Below, piece after piece: positions 40,681-49,468 of a stretch of 64,000 nt of DNA. This DNA comes from Gemmatimonadales bacterium. GTDB lineage: Bacteria > Gemmatimonadota > Gemmatimonadetes > Gemmatimonadales > GWC2-71-9. The notes below the pieces were generated by a model that searched no databases, was not told the origin of the DNA, and saw only the letters and a program-made list of their open reading frames with translations. Numbering within the stretch: the first letter of the stretch is position 1; the number at the start of each line of letters is the position of its first letter. A program made the translations under genes and the position numbers. Location: positions 9,727 to 73,726 of the forward strand of contig JAWOLH010000068.1 of the NCBI GenBank assembly GCA_033853695.1, read 5' to 3'.

Positions 40681-40702
40681 TGTCGCGCCCCGTGTTGTGA
40701 GT
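40664..40702 (+). repeat. direct repeat DR2 copy A
   Basis: TGTGGGGCTTTTTCTTCTGTCGCGCCCCGTGTTGTGAGT matches 57404..57441 at about 35 of 39 aligned positions. Confidence 0.8.
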
Positions 40703-41125
40703 CTTGTTGTGAGTCCCGCCGGCTCAGCGGCCCACAATCCGCGCCGTCTAACATGTGCATGTGGCTGTCGTGGCGCGGCGGCGGCGTGAAGGAGAACGGC
40801 TCTCTCTTGATGGCGGCCGCCCCACCACGCAGCTTATGCGCCATTCGTTAGGCGGATGCGTCTATGCCAGGTACTTCTTATCCCCCATTGCCACTGTCAC
40901 CCGGCGCCCCTGCGAGCGGTGTGGGAACAACCCGGCCATGCTCTTCAACGCCGCGGATGTGACTCCCGAGTATCCCAAATAGCAATCGATGCAAACATGA
41001 CGCCATGGAGGGACGTGATGTCGCGAGGTGGCAGCAGCAAAGCATACCGGACTTTCCTCACAAGGAGTACCCTGATATCAAGGACATCGACGGCACGACC
41101 GATGACCAGGCGCGCGTTTAGCGCA

Positions 41126-41224
41126 TCAAGCGCGCCTTGGGAAACGAGACGCGTCCGCGTCCCTGATCCACCCAACTGCGATGACTACGAAGATTGGCAG
41201 GCTGAGCAGGAAGAAACCAATCAC
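41126..41224 (-). CDS. possible 32-aa single-TM peptide
   Basis: GTG lies 4 nt after the dehydrogenase stop and encodes MIGFFLLSLPIFVVIAVGWIRDADASRFPRRA. Below the ORF-track length cut-off. Confidence 0.25.
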   Translation of the reverse strand: MIGFFLLSLPIFVVIAVGWIRDADASRFPRRA

Positions 41225-41227
41225 CCA

Positions 41228-42115
41228 TTAGATTAGGTCGCTGCGTGCCTCGATGGCCTTGAGAACGGCAACCATGTCAGCGTCACCGAAACCGAGCGCG
41301 CGCGTCTCGCCATACAGCGCGTGGCAAACATCGAGCAGAGGCGAGGCGACGCCTGCCTCGCGAGCCGCTTCGGCGATCAGGCGGTTGTTCTCCAGGACGT
41401 TCGAGATCGTTGCCTGGACCGCGAAATCGCGGCTGACGAGCTTCGGCGCCTTCACACGCGAGACGTCACTTGCCATCGGCCCAGCATTTAGAACTGCCAC
41501 GAACTGATTCAGGTTGAGGCCATGGCGGTCGGCAAAATGCACGGCTTCGGCGAGGCCGGTAACGAGCGAGATCAGGAACAGATTGACCGAGAGCTTCATT
41601 AGCAAGGCGTTCGGCACCGGCCCGCAGATCATCGTCTCCCGGCACACTGGGGTTAGCAACGGGCGAACGGCAGCGATGGCGACTGCGTCGCCTGCGAGCA
41701 TAGCGACGAGTTGGCCTGCCTCAGCGGGCTTGCGTGACCCAGAGACCGGTGCCTCGACGTAGTGCCCCCCGACGGAGCGAATGTCTGCCTCGAGCTCGCG
41801 CGAATAGGCCGGCGAGGTCGTACCCATGTGCACGACCGTGTGTCCCGTCACGCGGGCCTCGAAGGCAGCACCCCCGCGGTCGAGGACTGTGTCAATCGCT
41901 CCGCCGTCGACGAGCATCAGGAAGACAGTTGCGGAGCGCGCGAACACGTCAGCCGCCTCTCGAGCAACATCCGCACCGGCCGCTGCAACAATCTCAGCTT
42001 TGGCACGTGTGCGGTTCCAGACTAGGAGCGGCATACCGGCCTTGACGAGTGTCAGCGCCATGGCCTCTCCCATGGTACCAAGGCCGATGAAGCCGATGGG
42101 ATATGCTGCGCCCAT
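41228..42115 (-). CDS. NAD(P)-dependent beta-hydroxyacid dehydrogenase (3-hydroxyisobutyrate dehydrogenase family)
   Basis: ATG 42115 inside track ORF 41228..42304. Rossmann [17 protein letters not shown] signature. Confidence 0.8.
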   Translation of the reverse strand: MGAAYPIGFIGLGTMGEAMALTLVKAGMPLLVWNRTRAKAEIVAAAGADVAREAADVFARSATVFLMLVDGGAIDTVLDRGGAAFEARVTGHTVVHMGTTSPAYSRELEADIRSVGGHYVEAPVSGSRKPAEAGQLVAMLAGDAVAIAAVRPLLTPVCRETMICGPVPNALLMKLSVNLFLISLVTGLAEAVHFADRHGLNLNQFVAVLNAGPMASDVSRVKAPKLVSRDFAVQATISNVLENNRLIAEAAREAGVASPLLDVCHALYGETRALGFGDADMVAVLKAIEARSDLI

Positions 42116-42173
42116 TATCGAGCCGTCCCGTTGCTCAGCGCGCGCACGATGCTTTGATGAAGAGCCGCACACA

Positions 42174-42329
42174 TCATGCGTTGGTCGCTCGCCAGCCGCA
42201 ATTGAATTCGCGAGCAGTCTTCTGCATGCCCTGGGTCGAAATGCCGGCCGGCTCAGGCAGAACCGCGAGTTGACTGCCGCCGAACGGTGTCGAACTGAAA
42301 ACATCGACGCTGTGAAATGTGTACTTCAT
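42174..42329 (-). pseudogene. PhzF-family isomerase, N-terminal relic (about 43 aa)
   Basis: [43 protein letters not shown] parallels the N-terminus of the intact PhzF at 45544. It then diverges and stops. Confidence 0.6.
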
Positions 42330-42351
42330 GAGATCACCCTCCGTGTGTGCC

Positions 42352-42738
42352 TCAAGCCTTGACGACGAGGTCGATCTCAACGCAAGCCCCAAGCGGCAGC
42401 GCGGCCACCGCGATCGTTGTGCGGGCGGGAAAGGGCTGTCTGAAATGCTTGGCGTAAATACCATTCAGTGTCACGTAGTCGCTCATGCTTGTGAGATACA
42501 CACCGGCGCGCACGACATCATCGAAACTCTTGCCGGCCGCCTTAAGAACCGCCGAGAGATTCTGGAAGACGCGCTCCGCCTCGGCCGCAATACCGCCCGC
42601 CACCAGCTTGCCCGTCGTCGGGTCTTGACCGACGTGACCGCTGACATAGATGAACCCACCATCTTTGATCGCCTGGGAAAACGGGCCGACCGGCGACGTG
42701 AGTTCGGGCGAGGTAATTGCGGTCTTGCTCATGGACAA
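42352..42738 (-). CDS. ridA: RidA family enamine/imine deaminase
   Basis: 128 aa with YjgF/RidA pattern (PVGPFSQA..., PARTTIAVAALPLGACVEID). Confidence 0.85.
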   Translation of the reverse strand: MSMSKTAITSPELTSPVGPFSQAIKDGGFIYVSGHVGQDPTTGKLVAGGIAAEAERVFQNLSAVLKAAGKSFDDVVRAGVYLTSMSDYVTLNGIYAKHFRQPFPARTTIAVAALPLGACVEIDLVVKA

Positions 42739-42755
42739 CTCCTGTGGATACTGGG

Positions 42756-43727
42756 TTAGATGGTCAGAATGGTGGAGCCGGAGGTGGTGCGCGCTTCCAA
42801 GGCCTTGTGGGCGTCAGCGGCATCCTTGAGCGCAAAGCGCTGATTGACCGTAATGCGCACCTTTCCCGAAGCCACCACGGTGAACAACTCGTCAGCGGAA
42901 GCTTCAAGCTCTTCTCGTCGCGCGATGTAGTGGAAGAGCAACGGCCGTGTCAGAAAGAGCGAACCCTTCTGCGACAGTAGAACGGGTGCAATAGGGTCGA
43001 TTGGACCGGACGATTGTCCGAACGTCACCAACCAGCCACGCGATCGTAGACAATCGAACGAGCGTAAGAAGGTGTCCTTGCCGACGGAATCGAAGACCAC
43101 CGGCAGTTTCGCGCCGCCCGAGATGCGAGAAACCTCCGCGACGAAATCTTGCTTGGAATAGAGGATGGTGTGTGTGCAGCCGTGGGCGTGGGCCAGCTCG
43201 GCCTTGGCTTCTGTCGACACGGTGCCAATGACCGTCGCGCCGAGAGCGGCCGCCCACTGACAGAGAATGAGCCCGGTCCCGCCGGCGGCGGCGTGCACGA
43301 GGATCAAGTCGCCCGCCTTGACGGGATACACCTGCCGGATCAGCACCTGAGCAGTCATACCCTGGAGCATCATCGCAGCTGCTTGATCGAAGGAGATCGC
43401 ATCGGGCAAGCGCACCAGTCGATCGGCCTCGATGAGCCGCACCTCGGAATAGCCGCCGGCGGGACCGGCATAGGCCACCCGATCGCCGACTTTCAGGCCG
43501 CGCACATTCTGCCCGATCGCCTCGACGGTCCCGGCACCCTCGACGCCCGGAATAAAGGGAAGCGGCTGCGAGTAGTATCCCGTGCGGTGATACACATCGA
43601 TGTAGTTGAGGCCCGCCGCCGCCTGGCGCAGGCGCACCTGACCGGACCCGGGCTCACCGACCTCGATCGGTGTCCAGTTCAGAACCTCGGGACCGCCAGT
43701 CTGCCGAATTTGAATCGCGTGAGGCAT
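42756..43727 (-). CDS. qor: NADPH:quinone oxidoreductase (zeta-crystallin/MDR family)
   Basis: 323 aa. N-terminus IRQTGGPEVL..GLNYIDVYHRTGYY. AAGGTG nucleotide motif. Confidence 0.85.
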   Translation of the reverse strand: MPHAIQIRQTGGPEVLNWTPIEVGEPGSGQVRLRQAAAGLNYIDVYHRTGYYSQPLPFIPGVEGAGTVEAIGQNVRGLKVGDRVAYAGPAGGYSEVRLIEADRLVRLPDAISFDQAAAMMLQGMTAQVLIRQVYPVKAGDLILVHAAAGGTGLILCQWAAALGATVIGTVSTEAKAELAHAHGCTHTILYSKQDFVAEVSRISGGAKLPVVFDSVGKDTFLRSFDCLRSRGWLVTFGQSSGPIDPIAPVLLSQKGSLFLTRPLLFHYIARREELEASADELFTVVASGKVRITVNQRFALKDAADAHKALEARTTSGSTILTI

Positions 43728-43780
43728 CGGGTCTCCACGAACGCATTGGCTCCCTGTACCCTACCGGGGAAGCGACCATT

Positions 43781-43812
43781 CCACAAATTCATTATTTGCA
43801 CAATCATATTGC
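43781..43812 (-). promoter_or_regulatory. operator-like box + -35-like hexamer upstream of qor (site Q)
   Basis: The minus strand reads GCAATATGATTGTGC-N11-TTGTGG, then 17 nt, then TAGGGT (43763..43758). The qor ATG is at 43727. Confidence 0.55.
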
Positions 43813-44244
43813 CATTTCCGCACGATGCTGTCATGCGGTCGGAGGGAAGCCGCCGCCCTCGTCCGGGTGTAGATCGACGATTTGCGCCATCCTGGTTTCA
43901 GATCTGATCGGTCGGGCCGTGGATCCCCGTCCCTGGACGTTCTTCTGGCTCCTTCAAATTCCACCGACCGTTTGAGGCCCTGAGCCTCACACCGACCGTG
44001 ATCACACTGCTCCTTACGCTCGCTTGGCTTTTTCGTCAGGTTCGTACGGCTCGCTCGCCACTCATGCATCGGCGCGCGGCCTGTCTAACGAGCGTTGACA
44101 CTGACAAGAGAGCCAAGGAGGATGCGCGCTGCGCGCGCGTTTCCATGGATCTCCACGAGCGGACCTCCCGGCCCGCCGGCTGCGTGAACTCGAATGATGC
44201 CAGTCAGAAGCTGTGGACGAATGCTTCAGGCAGGCTTCCACTTG

Positions 44245-44276
44245 CGACAACGGCAATCTTTTCACTATCATATTGC
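44245..44276 (-). promoter_or_regulatory. operator-like box (site L) next to the lysR start
   Basis: The minus strand reads GCAATATGATAGTGA-N11-TTGTCG. The box lies 26-40 nt upstream of the lysR ATG on the opposite strand. Confidence 0.5.
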
Positions 44277-44301
44277 TTGACTAGCAACTGGGAGTTCTGT
44301 C

Positions 44302-45210
44302 ATGCTTGATGAGATCCGCACGTTCGTCGTCCTGGCCGAGTCAGGTTCGTTGCAGCGGGCAGCCGAACGGCTGTTCCTGACGCCATCGGCGGTCACACGG
44401 CAGATCCAGCGCCTCGAGGCAACACTGAAGACGCCGCTGCTCGATCGTCGCGTGAAACCGGGGCGGATTACGCGCGAAGGCCGCGCGGTGCTCGACGGCG
44501 GACGACACATGCTGCGCATCATGGACGATCTCAAGGAGACCGGGTCGAAGGACGCCGAGCCAAGCGGAATCTTCCGCATCGGACTCTCACATGCGCTCGC
44601 GCAACCGAGCCTCGTCGCGTCGATCCAGCGCTTGACGAGTCGCTTCCCCCGACTGCAACCGGTGCTGAGCACCGATCTCAGGCAGCAGCTCATCGAGCAG
44701 GTGCGGACCGGCGAGCTCGATGTGGCACTGGCGTTCCTCTCGGCTGACGACACGCCGCCCGGCGATGTGGCCAGCAGCGTTTTGGCTACAGAACGTCTGG
44801 TATTGGTCAGGGCGAGAGGACCGCAACCTCGCGCGCGGCGCAGCAGCAAGTCGAAGGATCGCGATCTCGACGCACGCTGGGTGCTCAACCCGCCGGGGTG
44901 CTTTATTCGTCAGTCACTCGAGGCGAGGTTGCGAGAACGCGGCTCTCCGTTCGAAGTCGCCGCCGCGATCAACAATATCGACATGCAAGTGTCTCTCGTG
45001 GCGAGCGGGATCGGCCTCGGGCTTATCCCCGCGCGATTTCTCGCCTCGCATCCCAAGCGCCGGCAGCTGGAGCGAATCACGCGGTCCGGCATCAGCATTG
45101 TGGCTTCAATCGTGTTCATGCAAGCCGGCCATTTGGGCCGGCTCGAAACCGCGGCGACATTTCTCCAAGAAGAGTTGCGAGGCCATTTCGCCGAGCGCGC
45201 GATTCGTTGA
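44302..45210 (+). CDS. LysR family transcriptional regulator
   Basis: N-terminal wHTH (SLQRAAERLFLTPSAVTRQIQRLE) plus a LysR substrate-binding domain. Divergent from the qor operon. Confidence 0.9.
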   Translation: MLDEIRTFVVLAESGSLQRAAERLFLTPSAVTRQIQRLEATLKTPLLDRRVKPGRITREGRAVLDGGRHMLRIMDDLKETGSKDAEPSGIFRIGLSHALAQPSLVASIQRLTSRFPRLQPVLSTDLRQQLIEQVRTGELDVALAFLSADDTPPGDVASSVLATERLVLVRARGPQPRARRSSKSKDRDLDARWVLNPPGCFIRQSLEARLRERGSPFEVAAAINNIDMQVSLVASGIGLGLIPARFLASHPKRRQLERITRSGISIVASIVFMQAGHLGRLETAATFLQEELRGHFAERAIR

Positions 45211-45432
45211 TCGCGACCGCTCAGTTGTGGCTGGCAGCGGCGGATCGTCGCCTGCGATACGCTCCCGTCGGAGGCGCAGCTCCAGGAATACCGCGCTGAA
45301 GCGATACCAGTCCAACGTGCCGAGTGGCTGATACTTCGTCATGCTGTTTTCGGCATACGGAGTGATTTCAACGAAACCAACCGACTTGTAGAGCGTCCGT
45401 CGCGCTCGCCGCTGCCGCGCTAAAATGATCCT

Positions 45433-45508
45433 GCGATATTGGCAATATAATTGTGCTAACGTTGCATTTGACGCACCACACCTCCCGACGTACACATTCG
45501 TCCACGGG
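45433..45508 (+). promoter_or_regulatory. 76-nt conserved AT-rich block (copy C1) upstream of phzF
   Basis: 68/76 identical to 49337..49412. Contains GCAATATAATTGTGC (45442..45456), then N11, then TTGACG (45468..45473), then 17 nt, then TACACA. Confidence 0.6.
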
Positions 45509-45543
45509 TCACATTCCCTTACGTATTGAGAAGTGGGGAGCAA

Positions 45544-46458
45544 ATGCCTGTTTTTCAGTACGTCCATCTCAACGTGTTTGCGAATCAGCCATTCACCGGC
45601 AACCAGCTAGCCGTGTTCCTCGATGCCGAGGGAATTGACGAACAGCAGATGCAGCGGATCGCAAATGAAATGGCATTCCCCGAGACTACGTTCGTATTTC
45701 CTCCCGAAGTGTCCGGCACCGACGCGCGCGTTCGCATTTTCACACCGTCCAAAGAGCTGCCGATGGCTGGAAGTCCGACGGTCGGAACGACGTTTGCGCT
45801 CGCGGGAGCGGGGCGATTGCGTGCGGGCGCCGGTAAGGCGTTGCTCGGTCTCGCTATTGGACCAACGACCGTGGGACTCGAATGGGGTCAGAACAGCTTA
45901 CGCTTTGCCTGGATGAAGCAAACGAATCCCACATTCGGGCCCATCGTCACCGACGGCGTTGCGATTGCCGCAGCACTGGGTATCCAGCCGGGCGACCTTG
46001 TGGGCGGAAGCTTGCCGATGCAAGTCGCGTCGTCCGGACTCCCGTTTCTGTACGTTGCGCTAAACTCGCGCGCGGCGGTCGATGCGGCAGCCCTCGATCG
46101 CGCGAAGCTGTGCGCGGTACTCCGGGTGCTTGATCTCGAAGAGCTCCCCGTTCTTGTATTCTCGCCGACGCCGGCCGACGATGGCGCCACGGTCTACAGT
46201 CGAATGTTCGCCCCTATCTTGGGCATCCCGGAGGATCCGGCCACCGGCAGCGCGAGTGGACCGCTGGGTGCATACCTGCTCAAGTACAACGCGGTACCGG
46301 CCAAGACTGAGTCGCGGCTCGTGAGCCTCCAGGGCGTCCGCATGGGCCGCCCAAGTCGTATTCACGTTGTGCTCTCCTGCCCGGGTGGGGGGGTTCTCGA
46401 AGAAGTCCGGGTCGGCGGCGAGGCGGTGGTCGTCGGCGAGGGAACGATCTGCGCATAG
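45544..46458 (+). CDS. PhzF family isomerase
   Basis: ATG 45544 follows GGGGAG. N-terminus MPVFQYVHLNVFANQPFTGNQLAV..AFPETTFVF. 304 aa. Confidence 0.85.
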   Translation: MPVFQYVHLNVFANQPFTGNQLAVFLDAEGIDEQQMQRIANEMAFPETTFVFPPEVSGTDARVRIFTPSKELPMAGSPTVGTTFALAGAGRLRAGAGKALLGLAIGPTTVGLEWGQNSLRFAWMKQTNPTFGPIVTDGVAIAAALGIQPGDLVGGSLPMQVASSGLPFLYVALNSRAAVDAAALDRAKLCAVLRVLDLEELPVLVFSPTPADDGATVYSRMFAPILGIPEDPATGSASGPLGAYLLKYNAVPAKTESRLVSLQGVRMGRPSRIHVVLSCPGGGVLEEVRVGGEAVVVGEGTICA

Positions 46459-46521
46459 CTGCCTGCTTGCTTTATGCCGTACCGGTGATCGCCTTTGCGG
46501 CATAACCAGAGGAGCGCCTTC

Positions 46522-49005
46522 ATGGGGACTTTGCTGCAGGATCTGCGATACGGCTGGCGCATGCTGGTCAAGAAACCCACGTTCACGATCGTGGCTGTGT
46601 TGACGCTGGCGCTGGGCGTGGGGGCCAACACGGCGATCTTCAGCATCGTGAATGCGGTGTTGCTGCGTTCTCTGCCGTACCGCGATCCCGAGCGCTTGGT
46701 ACGAGTCTACTTTAACGAGCCGGGCCTAGGATTGCGCGACGTGAGGTTTTCCAAGCCGGAAATGGATGACCTGCAGACGCGAGCGGATGCATTGGAAAAT
46801 GTGACCCCGATCTTCGAGGGTAGCGAGAACTTGACCGGCGGCAGCCAGCCTGAGCGCGTAGAGGGTGTCAATACCAGTTTCAGCTACTTCTCCATGCTGG
46901 GTGTGACCGCGCAAGTTGGCCGGTTGTATGGTCCGCAGGACTTCGTGCCTGGTGTCGGTACGGGGGTCGTGATCAGCGATGGCCTGTGGCGCCGGGCCTT
47001 TGGCGCCGACCCGAATGTGATCGGCCGTACCATCGGGATCGACAATGACCCCGTTACCGTCATTGGGGTTCTGCCCCGCGGATTCCGCCATCCGGGACCG
47101 ACGACCTCCGGCGACGCGGACGTGTTTGCCGCCTTCGGATTCATCGGAACTCCCTTCCCCCCGCCAGTGCGGGGCGCCCGGGTTTACCCCAATGGAATCG
47201 GACGCCTCAAGCCAGGCGTCACACTGCAGCAAGCGCAGGCGCGCCTCACGGCCATGGCGGCCCAATTACAGCACGACTTCCCCGCCGATTACCCGCCGCA
47301 GGCGAAGTGGACCGTCGAGATTCAACCATTGCAGGAAACGCTGGTGGGCCAGTTCCGGCCCATGCTGCTGGTGGTACTGGGCGCGGTCAGCCTGATCGTG
47401 TTCATCGTAGCGCTGAACATTGCCAATCTCCTCCTGGCGCGCGCTTCGGGGCGACAGCAAGAGATGGCGGTACGGTTGTCGCTGGGGGCGAGCCCCGGCC
47501 GCATGGTGCGCCAGTTGCTGACCGAGTCCATGCTGCTGTCGCTCATCGGCGGTGCCGCGGGAATCGCAACGGCAGTGGCTACGCTGGGCTTCATCCTGCG
47601 CTTTGTGCCGGCGAACATTCCCCGGCTCAACGAGGTGCGAGTTGACTGGGTGGTGCTGGCCTTCGCGCTGCTCATTTCCATAGTTACCGGCTTGGTGTTT
47701 GGACTTGTGCCAGCGCTTCAGTCGGCAAAGGCGGCTCTCTCCTCGGCCATTCGTGAAGGCGGTCGCGGGACCAGCTCCGGCACCACGACCGGCCGATTGC
47801 GGGATACTCTCATCGTCTCGGAACTGGCATTCGCCGTCATACTGATGGTGGGAGCCGGCTTGCTGCTGCGTACGCTGCGGGGTCTGTTGCAGGAAAATCC
47901 AGGCTTCAATCCAACTCAAGTGGTCACGGCAAACACGTGGCTAGGAGTTCCCAACGATCCGAAGACGGATCCGTATCTCGGCATTCCTGGTAAGGTCACG
48001 TTTGATCGTGAGTTGCTGCGGCGCATGAAGGCAATTCCGGAAGTGCAACTCGCCGCAATCACCTCGGCGCTACCGGCCACCAATAGCAACCCCAACGCGG
48101 TCGGTGGCTTGGCGATGGAAGCCTTCGCGATTGAAGATAGACCGGTCGAGTCCTCGCAGGATCTGAGCGCCGAGAGAATTCGGATAAGCCCCGACTATTT
48201 TGCGGTGTTCCAGGCGACGCTGCTGCGCGGCCGCGCATTCACCGAGGACGATGAAGACGGCAAACCGCTGGTGGCCGTCATTGATGAAAGCACCGCTCGT
48301 AGGTATTGGCCCAGCGACGATCCGTTGGGCCGTCGCGTGCGGTTCGGAAAAGACCCGACCAAGCCATGGACGACTGTCGTGGGTGTGATCAAGGACATCA
48401 AGCATGACGGTCTCGACATCGATGGCGTTCCCCACATCTACGTTCCGGTATATCAAGACCCCAACAAGCAAGTGAGCGTGGCGTTGCGGACGTCTCTGCC
48501 CGCGACCCTGCTCGAACCACAGATTCGGCGTGAAATCCAGAGCATGGATGCCGGCTTGCCGGTCTATAATGTCTCTTCCATGAACGACATCCTTGATCGC
48601 TCACTGGCTTCACGCCGTTTTTCTGCCGATCTGGTGGGCGGATTTGCCGGACTGGCGGTGCTTCTGGCCTCCATCGGAATTTACGGCTTGTTGGCCTATC
48701 TGGTCGGCCAACGATCACGCGAGGTCGGTATCCGCATGGCCCTGGGCGCGCGGCCGGGCGACATCCTGAGAATGTTCTTGCGCAAGGGGGTCACCCTTGC
48801 TGGCGTGGGCGTCGTTGCCGGATTGGTCATGTCTGCATCCACGGCATCCCTGATGGCAAGTCTGCTCTATGGGGTGCGCCCCCATGATCCGGCTGTGTTT
48901 TTGTTCGTGCCTCTGCTTTTGCTGGCAGTGGCCGCGCTGGCCAGCTATCTCCCAGCATACCGCGCGACGCAAGTGAACCCCATCGCCGCCTTGCGCGAGA
49001 GTTGA
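46522..49005 (+). CDS. ADOP-type duplicated FtsX/MacB-like permease (no cognate ATPase adjacent)
   Basis: N-terminal LLQDLRYGWRML signature. Two MacB-periplasmic-domain + FtsX 4-TM modules. 827 aa. Confidence 0.85.
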   Translation: MGTLLQDLRYGWRMLVKKPTFTIVAVLTLALGVGANTAIFSIVNAVLLRSLPYRDPERLVRVYFNEPGLGLRDVRFSKPEMDDLQTRADALENVTPIFEGSENLTGGSQPERVEGVNTSFSYFSMLGVTAQVGRLYGPQDFVPGVGTGVVISDGLWRRAFGADPNVIGRTIGIDNDPVTVIGVLPRGFRHPGPTTSGDADVFAAFGFIGTPFPPPVRGARVYPNGIGRLKPGVTLQQAQARLTAMAAQLQHDFPADYPPQAKWTVEIQPLQETLVGQFRPMLLVVLGAVSLIVFIVALNIANLLLARASGRQQEMAVRLSLGASPGRMVRQLLTESMLLSLIGGAAGIATAVATLGFILRFVPANIPRLNEVRVDWVVLAFALLISIVTGLVFGLVPALQSAKAALSSAIREGGRGTSSGTTTGRLRDTLIVSELAFAVILMVGAGLLLRTLRGLLQENPGFNPTQVVTANTWLGVPNDPKTDPYLGIPGKVTFDRELLRRMKAIPEVQLAAITSALPATNSNPNAVGGLAMEAFAIEDRPVESSQDLSAERIRISPDYFAVFQATLLRGRAFTEDDEDGKPLVAVIDESTARRYWPSDDPLGRRVRFGKDPTKPWTTVVGVIKDIKHDGLDIDGVPHIYVPVYQDPNKQVSVALRTSLPATLLEPQIRREIQSMDAGLPVYNVSSMNDILDRSLASRRFSADLVGGFAGLAVLLASIGIYGLLAYLVGQRSREVGIRMALGARPGDILRMFLRKGVTLAGVGVVAGLVMSASTASLMASLLYGVRPHDPAVFLFVPLLLLAVAALASYLPAYRATQVNPIAALRES

Positions 49006-49336
49006 AAGGGCAGGATGAGCACTGTGCAGGCAAATTCGTAGGCGCAGCGGCCGTACCGGTTTCGAGGCCGACGTCATACTGAACGAGCGATCCGTCGCCG
49101 CTCGTGCGTTTCAATGCCGCGCAGAATTCGGTCGCTGAGCCTTACCGGCGCACTCATCACGTCGAGACCATCCCTCCCCAACTTTCCGCTCATCGCCTTG
49201 ATCCAGTCTTGCTCCGCCCTTGACGGGCAACAGGGCGGGCTTACTGCCTGGTGCGTAACGGGGACGATGCCTGAAGCTGGAGTCTAGAGCAGGGCGGCGT
49301 ACTCGGACCGGCGGCCGTCGCCGCCGCCCGCGTCGT

Positions 49337-49412
49337 GCGATTATAGCAATATAATTATGCTGAAGTTGCATTTGACGCACCACACCTCCCGACATACACA
49401 TTCGTCCATGGG
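49337..49412 (+). promoter_or_regulatory. 76-nt conserved AT-rich block (copy C2) upstream of the second ADOP permease
   Basis: Contains GCAATATAATTATGC (49346..49360), then N11, then TTGACG (49372..49377). See 45433..45508. Confidence 0.6.
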
Positions 49413-49468
49413 AACCGGCGATCGCGATTCCCTCCCACGCCGTCGACGTCGCCGGATGGAGGACGAGT

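Noticed and set aside
40703-41125. ORFs 40755..40982, 40856..41236 and 40945..41175 directly downstream of tRNA-Pro, examined as possible integrase or excisionase remnants.
   Set aside because: No tyrosine- or serine-recombinase motifs in any frame. The frames are mutually overlapping and of odd composition.
44277-44305. TTGACT, 17 nt, TCATGC as a promoter for lysR.
   Set aside because: The -10 candidate is poor and overlaps the start codon. The real lysR promoter is not identifiable here.
45215-45420. Minus-strand stretch ..RRARRTLYKSVGFVEITPYAENSMTKYQPL.. resembling the C-terminal A/B motifs of a GNAT acetyltransferase.
   Set aside because: Only about 25 aa of resemblance. The upstream part of the ORF runs through the conserved non-coding block, and the downstream part overlaps lysR. 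At best it is a relic.
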